A stretch of 64,000 bases of DNA, from the NCBI GenBank assembly GCA_013416795.1, contig RQSC01000026.1:321586-385585 (forward strand). The letters are read 5' to 3'. Below, piece by piece: positions 54,644 through 64,000 of the stretch. The translations under genes and the position numbers were made by a program. The stretch's first letter is position 1, and each line of letters starts with the position of its first letter. The notes beneath the pieces were generated by a model. The model ran no database searches. It was given only the letters and a program-made list of their open reading frames with translations, and had not been told where the DNA came from. This DNA is from Prasinococcaceae sp. CCMP 1430. Its lineage: Eukaryota > Plantae > Prasinodermophyta.

Positions 54644-57600
54644 TTAAGTGGCGGCGAGGTAGATGACCCACGGCAGGTCCACCTCGTCGCAGGTGATGGT
54701 GAGCTTGCCCTCTTTGGGCTTGCCGTCCATTGGCTTGTACCCGACGGCGATCTCGCTCAGCTTCTTAGGCCCGATGCGCTCGGTCGCCGAGCAGCTGAAG
54801 GCGGGGTTGTCGAGCTGCAACTTGAAGTCGACCTCCCGCACGAAGGGGTTGCGGAACTGCACCTTACCCGAACCCGACACCATGATGGGGCCGATGGGTT
54901 TCGGTGCGATGCATCGGCCCGACACGGGCACCACGAAGTCTCCTCCGACGTCCGACGTCACACGCAGCGTGTCCCGATGGTCGCCCATCGCGCGCGGCTC
55001 GAAGGTGATCTCGACCTCCATATCGAGGCCCTCGGCGCCTGCAGGGTGTGCGGTGACCGAGGTGTCCGTCTCGAAGCTGCTGCCGGCGCCGCCCTCGAAC
55101 GTGGTCTGGTACTCGCACTTGTCGGGCACAAAGTGCGTGAGAAAGATCGACTGGGTGACGCGCTGGCCCAGCGGCGCCGAGAGTTCCAGCCCGCGCTCGC
55201 GGCCCGGCGGGGTGCCTGCCAGCGCAACCGCGTAGGAGTACGCGCCGAGCTCCTCGCACGCGAGCGTGAGGCTCGCAGACGACTGGCCCACGAGCAGCGG
55301 GCGGAAGGAGACGTCCAGCTCGGCCGAGCCGCCGCCGGGCACTACCAGCGTCGCTGGCACTGTCACCTGCGCGCTGTCCACGCTGCACGTCATGGTGACG
55401 TCGTGGCTCAGCGGGTTCTTCACCACTACCGGTTGCGACGCCGTGACGCGCTGGCGCACGGGGCACTCGAGGGTGAACGAGCCCTGCAGGTCGGGCGCGG
55501 TGGCAGTGACGGCAACGTCGTAGTACAGCCACTCGCCAGTTGCCTCGTTCGTGAACGTGACGCGCGCCCGCGTGACGCCCTCGGTGTACGCCATAAACTG
55601 CAGCTTGCAGTCGCGGCTCGCAAGCGCCGGCACGTCGATGGTCGCTGGCCCCTTGAGCACCGTAGCGGGCTGAGGATCCTCCTGGTCGATCTTGACCACG
55701 AAGCGCTGCGCGGAGTTGAGCCAGTTCGACACCTTGACCACCACGGTGTGCGGTGACTTTGCGGGCACCGACTCCTCGATGGTCCCAGAGATGTCGGGCT
55801 TGCCAGCGTTGCCCACCAAGTCGAACATCAGCGCCGTGCCGTCGGGGATGGGCACGAAGATGGAACCCTCGTGCGGCTCGTCCTCTTTGGACATCGCCAC
55901 GGGGCGGTAGGTAATGGGGTAGTCCACCGTCTTCCCAGCAGGCACGTCGAGCACCTCGGGGCCTGACCAAATCTGATTGGTGAAGGACGGGCGCAGCTGC
56001 CAGTTCGCCTTCGACGCGTTCTTGATGGGCACTTTCTTCACCGCCTCGCCACGCACCTTGCACTCGAAGGCCACCGTCTCGCCCTCAACGTCCTGCGGCA
56101 CGCAGCGGCCCGTGAGCGTGAGGTGCTGCGGATCGGCACCCTCGAGGCGGCACGCGACGCGCTCCACGCGGATGTCCGGATCGACCGCCGTCGGGTGGAA
56201 CGCCACCTCGAAGCGCACGTCCTGGCCAGGCGCCAGGAAGCCCTCGCTTGGCGCGATCGAGAAGTTTTTCCCGAGCATGGCTGTATCCCACGTGAAGCGC
56301 GTGCCGACGTCGCCCGCGTTCTCGAGCTGCAGCCGCCACGTCTTGCGGCTGCCCAGCACCACCGCGCCAAAGGGTACGCTGTCTGCGGCGAGCTTGATCT
56401 CGGTGCCCAGCGCTGCTCCCGCGACGGTGAAGAGCGGCCGCGGCTCGCCACCCATGAGCGCGCACACCTCCTCCGTGAAAGGGCGCGTGCGGCTGGCTGG
56501 CTTGAAGCAGAGCTGCAGCGCAGCGGTCTCGCGCGGGCGTAGAGCGAGCTCCGTCCCTGGGCGGACGTCGATGCCGTGCCTCTCCAGCATGGCCGCGCTC
56601 GGCGCGAGGCTGAGTGGCGCGGCTATGCGCGAACGGTTGGTCACGCGCACCTCGCGCGTGGTCGCGGTGCCGAGGCGGATCGAGCCGAAGTTCACCGACT
56701 TCGCCGACGCATCGGCCAGCTCGAGGCGCAGGGGCGTGCCCTCTCCCTTGACGGCGACCTTAAAGGTCATCAGCCCGTTGACCTCGATGGGCACCACCGT
56801 CCTGTATGCCATTTCGTCGCGCGGCAAGAAGCGGATGATGATATCGCGGCTCTCGCCTGGCGAGAGCACGGCGGGCGCCGCTTCGACCTCGAGGTGGTCG
56901 GTGTTTTCGAAGAGCACCTCGTACGAAATGTCGTCGGTGTCCATGTTGGTCGCCGTAACGGTGATCGTGGCGGGCTCCTGGCCAGCGGTGTGCAGGAACC
57001 GCGGGCCGAAGTCCACACTGGTGGTGCTAAGCTGCAGGCGCGGGCGGTGCGCCAGCGCTCGCAGCGCGAGCGGGTAGCTCTTGCCATTGACGACCTGGCA
57101 GACCACGCGGTACCCGTCGAGCTTCTCGACCGAGCTTGGATGGTACGTGAGCTCGCACGTGGTCTTCCCACCCTTCCCCACTGTGCCGACCATTGGCTCG
57201 ACGCGCACTGCGTGGTTCTCGCCGCACTTCCAATGGAAGTCGAGACTGAGGTCGCCATGGTTGTACACGGCGAAGCGCTTGACCACGCGCTCATTGACCA
57301 TGACGGTGCCAAAGTCGACGACATTGGGGGAGCTCGGCGACAGCTGCAGGCTTCGGTCCTCGAGCTCCATGTGGAGCTCATCGTTGACAGCGTAGCCCTC
57401 GCCCTTGATGTTGAGGCTGAGGCGCGTAGGCTTCTTCTTGACGTTGCACATCACGTTGTAGTTGACGGCCTCCTGCAGCAGCGGCGAAAACTGGACCGTC
57501 ACCGGCAGCGCAGAATGGGGCGGCACCACCCCGCTGCTGGGCGTGAATGAGATGACGGGCCGGCTCTCGCCGCTGTCGAAGGTGCTCCTGACGAACGAGA

Positions 57601-60600
57601 AGGCAAAGGGAAGGCGTTCGTCGTTGACGAGGCTCACTACCTCGTGCTGCTTGGCGCCGCACAGCACCCGGTTGAAGTTGAGCGACGTTCGGTCGAGCGT
57701 CACGCGCGGCTCCACGACGCGGCCCACCATGAGAAAGGGCACCGTGATCTCCTGCTCCGGGATTCGGAAATTCCAGAACTCCTCCCTCAGCACCTCGGTC
57801 TCAGGGGTGTACTCGAAGGCCATTTCCGCCGCCTTGCCTGGGGCGATCATGCCGCGGCGGTTCACGCAGCGGAAGTCCTGGCCGCCCACGCCCACGACCG
57901 CAGGCACGTCGCCGGTTGCGGGCAAAGCGGGCTCCCACGTGTACTCGTATGCGACGCTCGTCGGGTTGAGCACTCGGAAGCGCCGCGTGTTGCGCACCTT
58001 GGTACCCACCGACTCGAACTCCACGGTGCGCGTGTTGGGGTCCAGAGGGCCGACCTTGCCACCGGGGCCGAGCATGGCCGGGTTGCGCCGGCCGGCGCTG
58101 ATGTAGTCCGACTCCGGCAGCTCGAAGTGACACCACGGGCGCGTGGCAGTGCCGCTCAATGAGATGTTGAGCGGCTCATAGCCAGCTTCCAGGTGCGGGA
58201 TGTCGCAGGCAAGCACGCGAGTGAAGTCGTCCACCTCCTTCGGTGCGAAACGCACCTTGATCATCTGCTCACGCCCGGCCTCGATGGTGCCCCTCGAAGG
58301 CGTCACCTCGTAAGGCCCATCCGTGTCGACGGCGCCTGTGTCAGGTCGCTTCACGCTGAAGGCGTACGCGAGCGCAGCGCGGCTCTCGTTTTTGAGCGCG
58401 AACGAGTGCACGCGCGCCTGAAACATCACGGTCGTGCGGAACGCCAAAGACGACGTGGCGCATTCGAAGCGGCTGTTGTCTGCGGTGGCATGCACGCGCA
58501 GCACAATCGCCTGGTCTTCGCCGTCCACCACAGTGTGCCCGGGCTCGGCCTCGACCTCGATCACCTTTTCCGTCTTGCTGTCGCCGCCCTCGGTCTCCAC
58601 GTAGCTGACCGACGTCATGCGGCTGTCCCATGCCGAGGCGTCGGACACCAATTCGATGCGCTTCAGCCCCAGCGCGGCCTCAAGCGCCACGTGCTCGGCA
58701 GGCTCGGTGGGCGAGAACGTGACCATGACGTCCTTGCTTCCGTGTGCGTGCAGGTGACCGTAGGCGGGCTCGAAGGTGAAGCCCACCAGCTCGCTCCAGT
58801 CAAAGCGGAAATTCTTTTCCGTGTGGTTGACCAGGGTGAAGGCGAGCTGCGTGCTGCCGCCCACTGGCCCGTCGGCGAAGTGTAGCTCGTCGTCGAAACC
58901 GCCCGGCAGGCCTGAGAAGGTGACGTCCTCCATGTAGCCCTCGCCCTTGAGCGCGATTGCATGCGAATCGAAGCGATTCTGATGAACAGCCACGGAGAGC
59001 ACATGCTCTGACGCGACCCTCTCGCCTGGCGCAAATGATACCTGCAGGGTGTGGGATTGCTTGGGCTCGAGCGTGAGCGAGCCGCCGGCAAGCGCGCCGC
59101 CAACGATCGAGAACACTTCCGACTGTTCCATCTTGCACGACACGGTGGCGGGCACGATGCCGTTGTTGAGCAGCGTCACGGGCATGGTGTGCGTCTTGCC
59201 GAGCAGCAGACGCGGGAACTCGAGCAATGGCGCGCCCTCTTCGGTGTGTGCGCTGGGCGCCTCAAGGATGACGTGCGGCAGAGTGCCCTCGCCGCGGACC
59301 TCACACGCAAACGAGCTCGTCCTGGGGTCGCCCCCGTTGTCAACCGTCGCCTCAAATGTAGCGGCGTACGCCGCGATGGCCTTCGGCGCGAAGTAGACGG
59401 TCACGTATCGGTGCTCGTGCGGGGGCAGGTCGCACTTTGAGGGCTGCACCTCCATGGGAAACTCGGAGCCTTCGGGCATGCCGGCCTTGGGCGTGAGCGT
59501 AAAGTTGACCGTGCACGGCACCTTGTTTTGGTTGGAGATCTTGAAATTGGCTCTGACGCCATCGGTGGCCGCCTCATCGGTGCCATGCATCTGCGCGATG
59601 ATGGCACCGAAGTCGAACGCGCGCTCGCGCAGCGCAAACACGCCGCCGCGGTCCGAGTTCAGGGGGTCTAGGTGCGGCACGATAGCGTGCTCTTCGAAGA
59701 TGGCGGTGGTGTCTTCAGCGTTGATGCCGGGAATGCACGACTCACCGGCGATCTCGTACGGGATGCCGCCGGGATGGTCGCTCGGGTCGCGGTCTGATAT
59801 CTCAATTCCGACGAGCTCGGCAAAGGTGCGCGCCTTCTCAGCGCGGAACTCGACAGAGATTGTCTGGGACGCCCCGGGCTCGATGGTGGCATTCGCGGGC
59901 GACAGGCTGAAGTTGCCGAGCGCGAGGTCGCCGTCCGCGGTCGGCGTATCCTCGCGGTTGCGCGGAGTCTCCTGCACCACGTCATCCTCGCCACCGTACG
60001 GCCCGAGCCCAACCCTCAAAGGGAACTCGCCATTGTTCGTGACTTCAAACGTGCGCGGCTCCGAGGTTGTGTTGTAGACGAGCGGACCGAAGTTGATGCC
60101 ACGAGCGGGCATGATGCTGTACTTGGAAAAGACTGCGCGCAGGTCAACGCGAACAGGCATGCCCTCCTCGCGCTTGCCCGTCAAGGGCTCGGTGATGGCC
60201 AACTGGATATCCGTATTGCGCGCGAGGGTCACCTCTCGCTTCAGGGTATGCATCTTGTTGAAGTGAACCTGCACGGTCACTTGACCCTCAGGCGCAACCT
60301 CGCCCTCGGCAGGTTCGATGATGAACAGCTCGCGCGCCACCTGGGTCTTGGTCGAGAACTTGAACTCAACAGGGTACTTTCCGCTGTTTGAGAGCGTGAG
60401 CTCCTGTGCCAAGTCGTCCGCGACCTTGACCACGCCAAAGTCGAAGCCGTCCTTATCCTCGGGGTACTTCACATCAACTTCGATCTTGTACGCCTCAGCG
60501 GACACAGAAATAGCGTTCTCTTGGGCGACCCCGAGCAGGTCGTCCGTGTCGCACACCTCAAGCTTCAGCTCATGCGAAAATTCCTCCTCTTTCTTGCCCT

Positions 60601-63600
60601 CGAAGGTGACCACCACATTTTCCTGGCAGCGCGCGTCCAGCGTGCCCTCAGTGGCGCTCACGCTGAACTCCTCTGCGAGGTCATCGCACCCGAGCAGCTT
60701 CCACTTCACCGGCAGCAGGCACACGTTCTTGATCTCCAGCGAAAGCGTCTCCATGCGGCCGACCAGCAGGCGCTCGAAGGCGAGGTCCTCACGCCCGAGC
60801 TCCACGAGCGGGCTCGAGCCAGTGCATTGCACTACAAACTCAGCCGGCGCGGGGTTGTGCTCTATGGTGGCCAGGATCGCATCCTCGGCGAGGCCCACCG
60901 TACGAGGGAACGCGTACACGGTGAGGTCTCGCGTCTCGTCGACCTTCAAGTCCATTGAAGGGGGGTCAAAGCCAAAGACGGGCTCCATATCCTGCACCGC
61001 GGCTGGCGCCTGAGCGCGCTCGCTCTCCTCGCCCCCCTCGCCTTCCGCTGCGGCGATGGGCTTTGGCCCCCGCAGCGAGAAGTCGACGTGCAGGTCAAAC
61101 AGGCCATTGTTGGTGATGCGGAACTTCTCCATGTTGTCTGGAAACTTGCCCTCCAGCACCTCGTCTTTGGACTTGCCGGCGAGCAGCGGGCCGAACTCGA
61201 ACGCGCCGCGGTTGACCACGAATTGGTGGCGAACGTCAGGACTCGCGGGCCGCGCCTTGGTTTTGCGATAGTACACGTTCCGGTAGTCCGTCGACACGCT
61301 GGGGTGCGCGCACACGCCGCGTAGTGGCGAGGTCATGGCCGCCTCAGCGCCGGCGCCAACCACCTCGAACGCCAGCACCTCGTCGAAGGAGCCAATCTCG
61401 CTCGATGTGAAGTTCGCCTGCAGCGCAATGGAGCCGTTCGCGGGGATGACCCAGCGAGTCTGCTTGGGTGCGTCCGCAGGTCCGTCGGCGCATTCCTCTG
61501 TGCTCGTTTCCTCGGCTTCCACACCCTCCTCGCCTCCCTCTTCGCCTCCACCCTCGGCCTCCTCCTTGGGCTCCTTGCCAGCCACGAGGGTGAAGTGCAT
61601 GACGGGCATCCTGGCTACGCGCGCCGGCGGGCGTCGCACCACGTGGCGGATGTACGGCTCGGGCACCTTGGCCGCCTGCTTCCGGAGGTCCTCTTCTGTG
61701 AGGGGCATATGCTCACAGCACTGTTCCATCAGCTCCTCGAGGCCCTTTCCGGTGACGTCGACGGTGCCAAAGCGGAGCTCGCCGTCAGTGGGGGACCACA
61801 CCATCATCTCGCTCAGAGCATGGCTGACAACAGCGAATTCCGCCTCCGCCTCCGCCTTGGCCACGGCTGCGGCGTCCTCGGCGGCTGCCGCATTGGCCTC
61901 GTCTTCGAAGGAATCCTCCTGCGCGTCGCTGACCGCCGCATCCACTTCGGCGTCCACCTCGGCGTCGGTCGCGCCCGACGCTTCGTCGCCTTCATTGCCA
62001 TCCCCGTTGGACACAGCACTGCCGTCAACCTCAGAAGGCGCGGCCTCTTCGGCAGGCGCGCTTGCGATGAGCTGCACGACCTTAACAGTCTTCTGGCCGC
62101 GCCAAAGCGCCACCTTCGGCTCTGCCTCGGCAGCCTCATCTTGGCTGCCTTTGCTCTCGGCCTCGCTCCTCGAGAGGCCGAGCGCCTCGACGATGATCCC
62201 GGCGACCAAGAGCGCCAGGCGCTTCGCCCGCTCGTGTGGCTCCTCGCCATCATTATCGTCACATGCCAGACTCTCGCAATCGACACCCGCGAATACCGCG
62301 CCACCAGCGCATTCTTCGGTGCCCAGGCGCCAGCTGACGGCCTGCACGAGCACGTCCCGCCCCACGCTCCCCTCTGCAGGCACGTCGGGCAGCTCGGCCG
62401 CCGGTGGCTTCGGGGAAGCACCTGCCTCCGACTGCGCCGCGACGTCCACACCGCCATCCTGGCTGCCTTGCTCCACGTCAGCGCCTCCTTCGGCGGCTGC
62501 AGTCTCCGCTCTCTCTCTCTCTCTCGCCGCCGCACGCAGCGCCTCAAGGCAGCTGTCGACAGTGAGCACCCGCACCGAGTATTTTGCCGCGATAGACGAC
62601 GCCACCTCGACAACTGTGTCGCGGTCATATCCGTACACGATCGCGTTGACCGGGTCGTCAGCCGGAAGCTCGGGGGAGGCAGGCTGCTCGAGCTCCCCGA
62701 TGCCATCCGCGGCCTCCTCGGTCGCAGTGGCAGCTGGCTCGTCGCTCTCATCTCCACCGGCGGGCTCCTCAGTGGCGCCCTCGCCATCGGCCTTCGCCAC
62801 GCCCTCCTCGCCCTCGCCATCCTCGGCACTGGCCTGTTCTGCAGCAAGCGCGGCAGCCGCAGCCTCCTCAGCAGCCTTGGCCTCTTCGGCAGCCTTGGCC
62901 TCGGCCACTTTCTTCACCGAGTAAGCCTTGGCGATCTCATCCCAGAATGGCTGGCCAGGCTCGCGCGGTGGCAGGAGCATTTTGCCCTCCTGGTAGCCCT
63001 CCATACACCGCAGCATCTCCTCTTCCTCTAGGTACTGCTTGTCGGTGTCCAGGCAATACACCTCGATTGGCACGTCCAAGTCATTGCACAGGCGCAACTG
63101 CTGCTGGGCCGGCTCGGCGTCCGGGAGGATCGCCCCGATATCCAGCAAGGGCGGGTCGAAGCGCATGCCCAGAGAGAAGCTGGTGCCGCGGCAGGTGACC
63201 GCAACCATGCGCGGATTGTGGCTCACCTTGAATGGCACGCGCTGGAGGTAGCTCTCCCTGCCGGCCACCGGCTCAAATGCGAACTCCACATTGAGGCGCT
63301 CGCCCGGCTGCAGCGTGCCTTTGTTTGGCCTGGCCTGGAAGAAACTCCAGTCATTGGCGCTGTCCATGGGGCGCTTCACCGTCCACTTGCATGGCACCTC
63401 CTTCGGGTTGTGCAGCTGAAGGGTGACCACCTTGCACCGCCCAGCTTGCACCAAGCCAAAGTTGACAGCCTCGGTCGAGACTGTTAGGTCCGGCACGGTG
63501 ACGTTGGCACGCAGCGTGACCAGCACCGTCGGGCCGCCACGGATCTCGATGGGCAGCACGCACTCGATCTGACCAATGGGCAGGCTCGCGCCGGTAGTTT

Positions 63601-64000
63601 GCAGCGTGACCGTCATGTCGACACTCTCGTGGTCGGGCGCGCCGGGCAGGCGGAGCACGGCCTTGGGCTCAAGCGAGAAGCCGTACGACGCGAGCACGTG
63701 CTTCTCGATGTTCAATGTGACGGGGTGGAGCCCGGTGTTTGTCAGGCGGAAGCTGCGTTTCTTGTGCGTCCCCTTGATGACGTTTCCGAAGTCGAGGGTG
63801 TAGCGCGACAGCACCACGCGCTCCCGGGGCGGGTGGCGGATCTTGCGCGTCGCGGGCGGCGCCACGCGGCGGCCAGACGAGCGGCTAGGCGCAGATGCAA
63901 GCGTGCCCGACGACAATCCGCCGCGAACCTCTCGCTGCACCACCGACCTGCGGTCAGGCGCGCGGGCAGCCGCGCGCTGTTGCTCCTGCTTGAGCAAGAA
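54644..64000 (-). CDS. HYDIN: HYDIN, flagellar central-pair protein; 3' portion, continues beyond the window
   Basis: More than 3100-aa ORF of repeated ASH/Ig-like modules (LDFG..L.N.G..F.W..P..G.L.PG), FEFGPLL, RPWCHFEL..SDY, C-terminal WVIYL. Confidence 0.93.
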   Translation of the reverse strand, partial: FLLKQEQQRAAARAPDRRSVVQREVRGGLSSGTLASAPSRSSGRRVAPPATRKIRHPPRERVVLSRYTLDFGNVIKGTHKKRSFRLTNTGLHPVTLNIEKHVLASYGFSLEPKAVLRLPGAPDHESVDMTVTLQTTGASLPIGQIECVLPIEIRGGPTVLVTLRANVTVPDLTVSTEAVNFGLVQAGRCKVVTLQLHNPKEVPCKWTVKRPMDSANDWSFFQARPNKGTLQPGERLNVEFAFEPVAGRESYLQRVPFKVSHNPRMVAVTCRGTSFSLGMRFDPPLLDIGAILPDAEPAQQQLRLCNDLDVPIEVYCLDTDKQYLEEEEMLRCMEGYQEGKMLLPPREPGQPFWDEIAKAYSVKKVAEAKAAEEAKAAEEAAAAALAAEQASAEDGEGEEGVAKADGEGATEEPAGGDESDEPAATATEEAADGIGELEQPASPELPADDPVNAIVYGYDRDTVVEVASSIAAKYSVRVLTVDSCLEALRAAARERERAETAAAEGGADVEQGSQDGGVDVAAQSEAGASPKPPAAELPDVPAEGSVGRDVLVQAVSWRLGTEECAGGAVFAGVDCESLACDDNDGEEPHERAKRLALLVAGIIVEALGLSRSEAESKGSQDEAAEAEPKVALWRGQKTVKVVQLIASAPAEEAAPSEVDGSAVSNGDGNEGDEASGATDAEVDAEVDAAVSDAQEDSFEDEANAAAAEDAAAVAKAEAEAEFAVVSHALSEMMVWSPTDGELRFGTVDVTGKGLEELMEQCCEHMPLTEEDLRKQAAKVPEPYIRHVVRRPPARVARMPVMHFTLVAGKEPKEEAEGGGEEGGEEGVEAEETSTEECADGPADAPKQTRWVIPANGSIALQANFTSSEIGSFDEVLAFEVVGAGAEAAMTSPLRGVCAHPSVSTDYRNVYYRKTKARPASPDVRHQFVVNRGAFEFGPLLAGKSKDEVLEGKFPDNMEKFRITNNGLFDLHVDFSLRGPKPIAAAEGEGGEESERAQAPAAVQDMEPVFGFDPPSMDLKVDETRDLTVYAFPRTVGLAEDAILATIEHNPAPAEFVVQCTGSSPLVELGREDLAFERLLVGRMETLSLEIKNVCLLPVKWKLLGCDDLAEEFSVSATEGTLDARCQENVVVTFEGKKEEEFSHELKLEVCDTDDLLGVAQENAISVSAEAYKIEVDVKYPEDKDGFDFGVVKVADDLAQELTLSNSGKYPVEFKFSTKTQVARELFIIEPAEGEVAPEGQVTVQVHFNKMHTLKREVTLARNTDIQLAITEPLTGKREEGMPVRVDLRAVFSKYSIMPARGINFGPLVYNTTSEPRTFEVTNNGEFPLRVGLGPYGGEDDVVQETPRNREDTPTADGDLALGNFSLSPANATIEPGASQTISVEFRAEKARTFAELVGIEISDRDPSDHPGGIPYEIAGESCIPGINAEDTTAIFEEHAIVPHLDPLNSDRGGVFALRERAFDFGAIIAQMHGTDEAATDGVRANFKISNQNKVPCTVNFTLTPKAGMPEGSEFPMEVQPSKCDLPPHEHRYVTVYFAPKAIAAYAATFEATVDNGGDPRTSSFACEVRGEGTLPHVILEAPSAHTEEGAPLLEFPRLLLGKTHTMPVTLLNNGIVPATVSCKMEQSEVFSIVGGALAGGSLTLEPKQSHTLQVSFAPGERVASEHVLSVAVHQNRFDSHAIALKGEGYMEDVTFSGLPGGFDDELHFADGPVGGSTQLAFTLVNHTEKNFRFDWSELVGFTFEPAYGHLHAHGSKDVMVTFSPTEPAEHVALEAALGLKRIELVSDASAWDSRMTSVSYVETEGGDSKTEKVIEVEAEPGHTVVDGEDQAIVLRVHATADNSRFECATSSLAFRTTVMFQARVHSFALKNESRAALAYAFSVKRPDTGAVDTDGPYEVTPSRGTIEAGREQMIKVRFAPKEVDDFTRVLACDIPHLEAGYEPLNISLSGTATRPWCHFELPESDYISAGRRNPAMLGPGGKVGPLDPNTRTVEFESVGTKVRNTRRFRVLNPTSVAYEYTWEPALPATGDVPAVVGVGGQDFRCVNRRGMIAPGKAAEMAFEYTPETEVLREEFWNFRIPEQEITVPFLMVGRVVEPRVTLDRTSLNFNRVLCGAKQHEVVSLVNDERLPFAFSFVRSTFDSGESRPVISFTPSSGVVPPHSALPVTVQFSPLLQEAVNYNVMCNVKKKPTRLSLNIKGEGYAVNDELHMELEDRSLQLSPSSPNVVDFGTVMVNERVVKRFAVYNHGDLSLDFHWKCGENHAVRVEPMVGTVGKGGKTTCELTYHPSSVEKLDGYRVVCQVVNGKSYPLALRALAHRPRLQLSTTSVDFGPRFLHTAGQEPATITVTATNMDTDDISYEVLFENTDHLEVEAAPAVLSPGESRDIIIRFLPRDEMAYRTVVPIEVNGLMTFKVAVKGEGTPLRLELADASAKSVNFGSIRLGTATTREVRVTNRSRIAAPLSLAPSAAMLERHGIDVRPGTELALRPRETAALQLCFKPASRTRPFTEEVCALMGGEPRPLFTVAGAALGTEIKLAADSVPFGAVVLGSRKTWRLQLENAGDVGTRFTWDTAMLGKNFSIAPSEGFLAPGQDVRFEVAFHPTAVDPDIRVERVACRLEGADPQHLTLTGRCVPQDVEGETVAFECKVRGEAVKKVPIKNASKANWQLRPSFTNQIWSGPEVLDVPAGKTVDYPITYRPVAMSKEDEPHEGSIFVPIPDGTALMFDLVGNAGKPDISGTIEESVPAKSPHTVVVKVSNWLNSAQRFVVKIDQEDPQPATVLKGPATIDVPALASRDCKLQFMAYTEGVTRARVTFTNEATGEWLYYDVAVTATAPDLQGSFTLECPVRQRVTASQPVVVKNPLSHDVTMTCSVDSAQVTVPATLVVPGGGSAELDVSFRPLLVGQSSASLTLACEELGAYSYAVALAGTPPGRERGLELSAPLGQRVTQSIFLTHFVPDKCEYQTTFEGGAGSSFETDTSVTAHPAGAEGLDMEVEITFEPRAMGDHRDTLRVTSDVGGDFVVPVSGRCIAPKPIGPIMVSGSGKVQFRNPFVREVDFKLQLDNPAFSCSATERIGPKKLSEIAVGYKPMDGKPKEGKLTITCDEVDLPWVIYLAAT

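Overview
Gene-dense, very GC-rich eukaryotic nuclear DNA. Short GT-AG introns with CTGAC branch points plus plastid/starch genes (AGPase, OSB, PLIP-type lipase) point to a green alga of prasinophyte type; the species cannot be determined from sequence alone. About 23 protein-coding genes were read, including AGPase small subunit, class-3 lipase, DGAT2, L-arabinokinase, GRAB golgin, OSB, a truncated RELCH-like LisH protein, SET1-type methyltransferase, a Ni/Co-transporter-like protein, GNAT, an LRR protein, QNG1, RFC2, an EF-hand/hydrolase-like protein, CNNM/DUF21, AIM24, AKTIP, a pseudokinase and the 3' 9.3 kb of HYDIN. There are two N gaps and three single-N joins. The most notable signal is a three-exon membrane-protein gene at 746-1454 that the ORF track splits. 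Its spliced frame runs through an in-frame TGA (GL-U-GC) and is followed by a SECIS-like hairpin, making it a candidate selenoprotein. Other oddities: an inverted CBM20 exon fragment embedded without stops in the EF-hand/hydrolase ORF, a bacterial-type phosphotransferase fragment in an intergenic region, an ATG-less LRR ORF head-to-head with QNG1, a 146-bp tandem array, and recurrent GTAC clusters at gene 3' ends. All family assignments come from motif recognition, not database searches.
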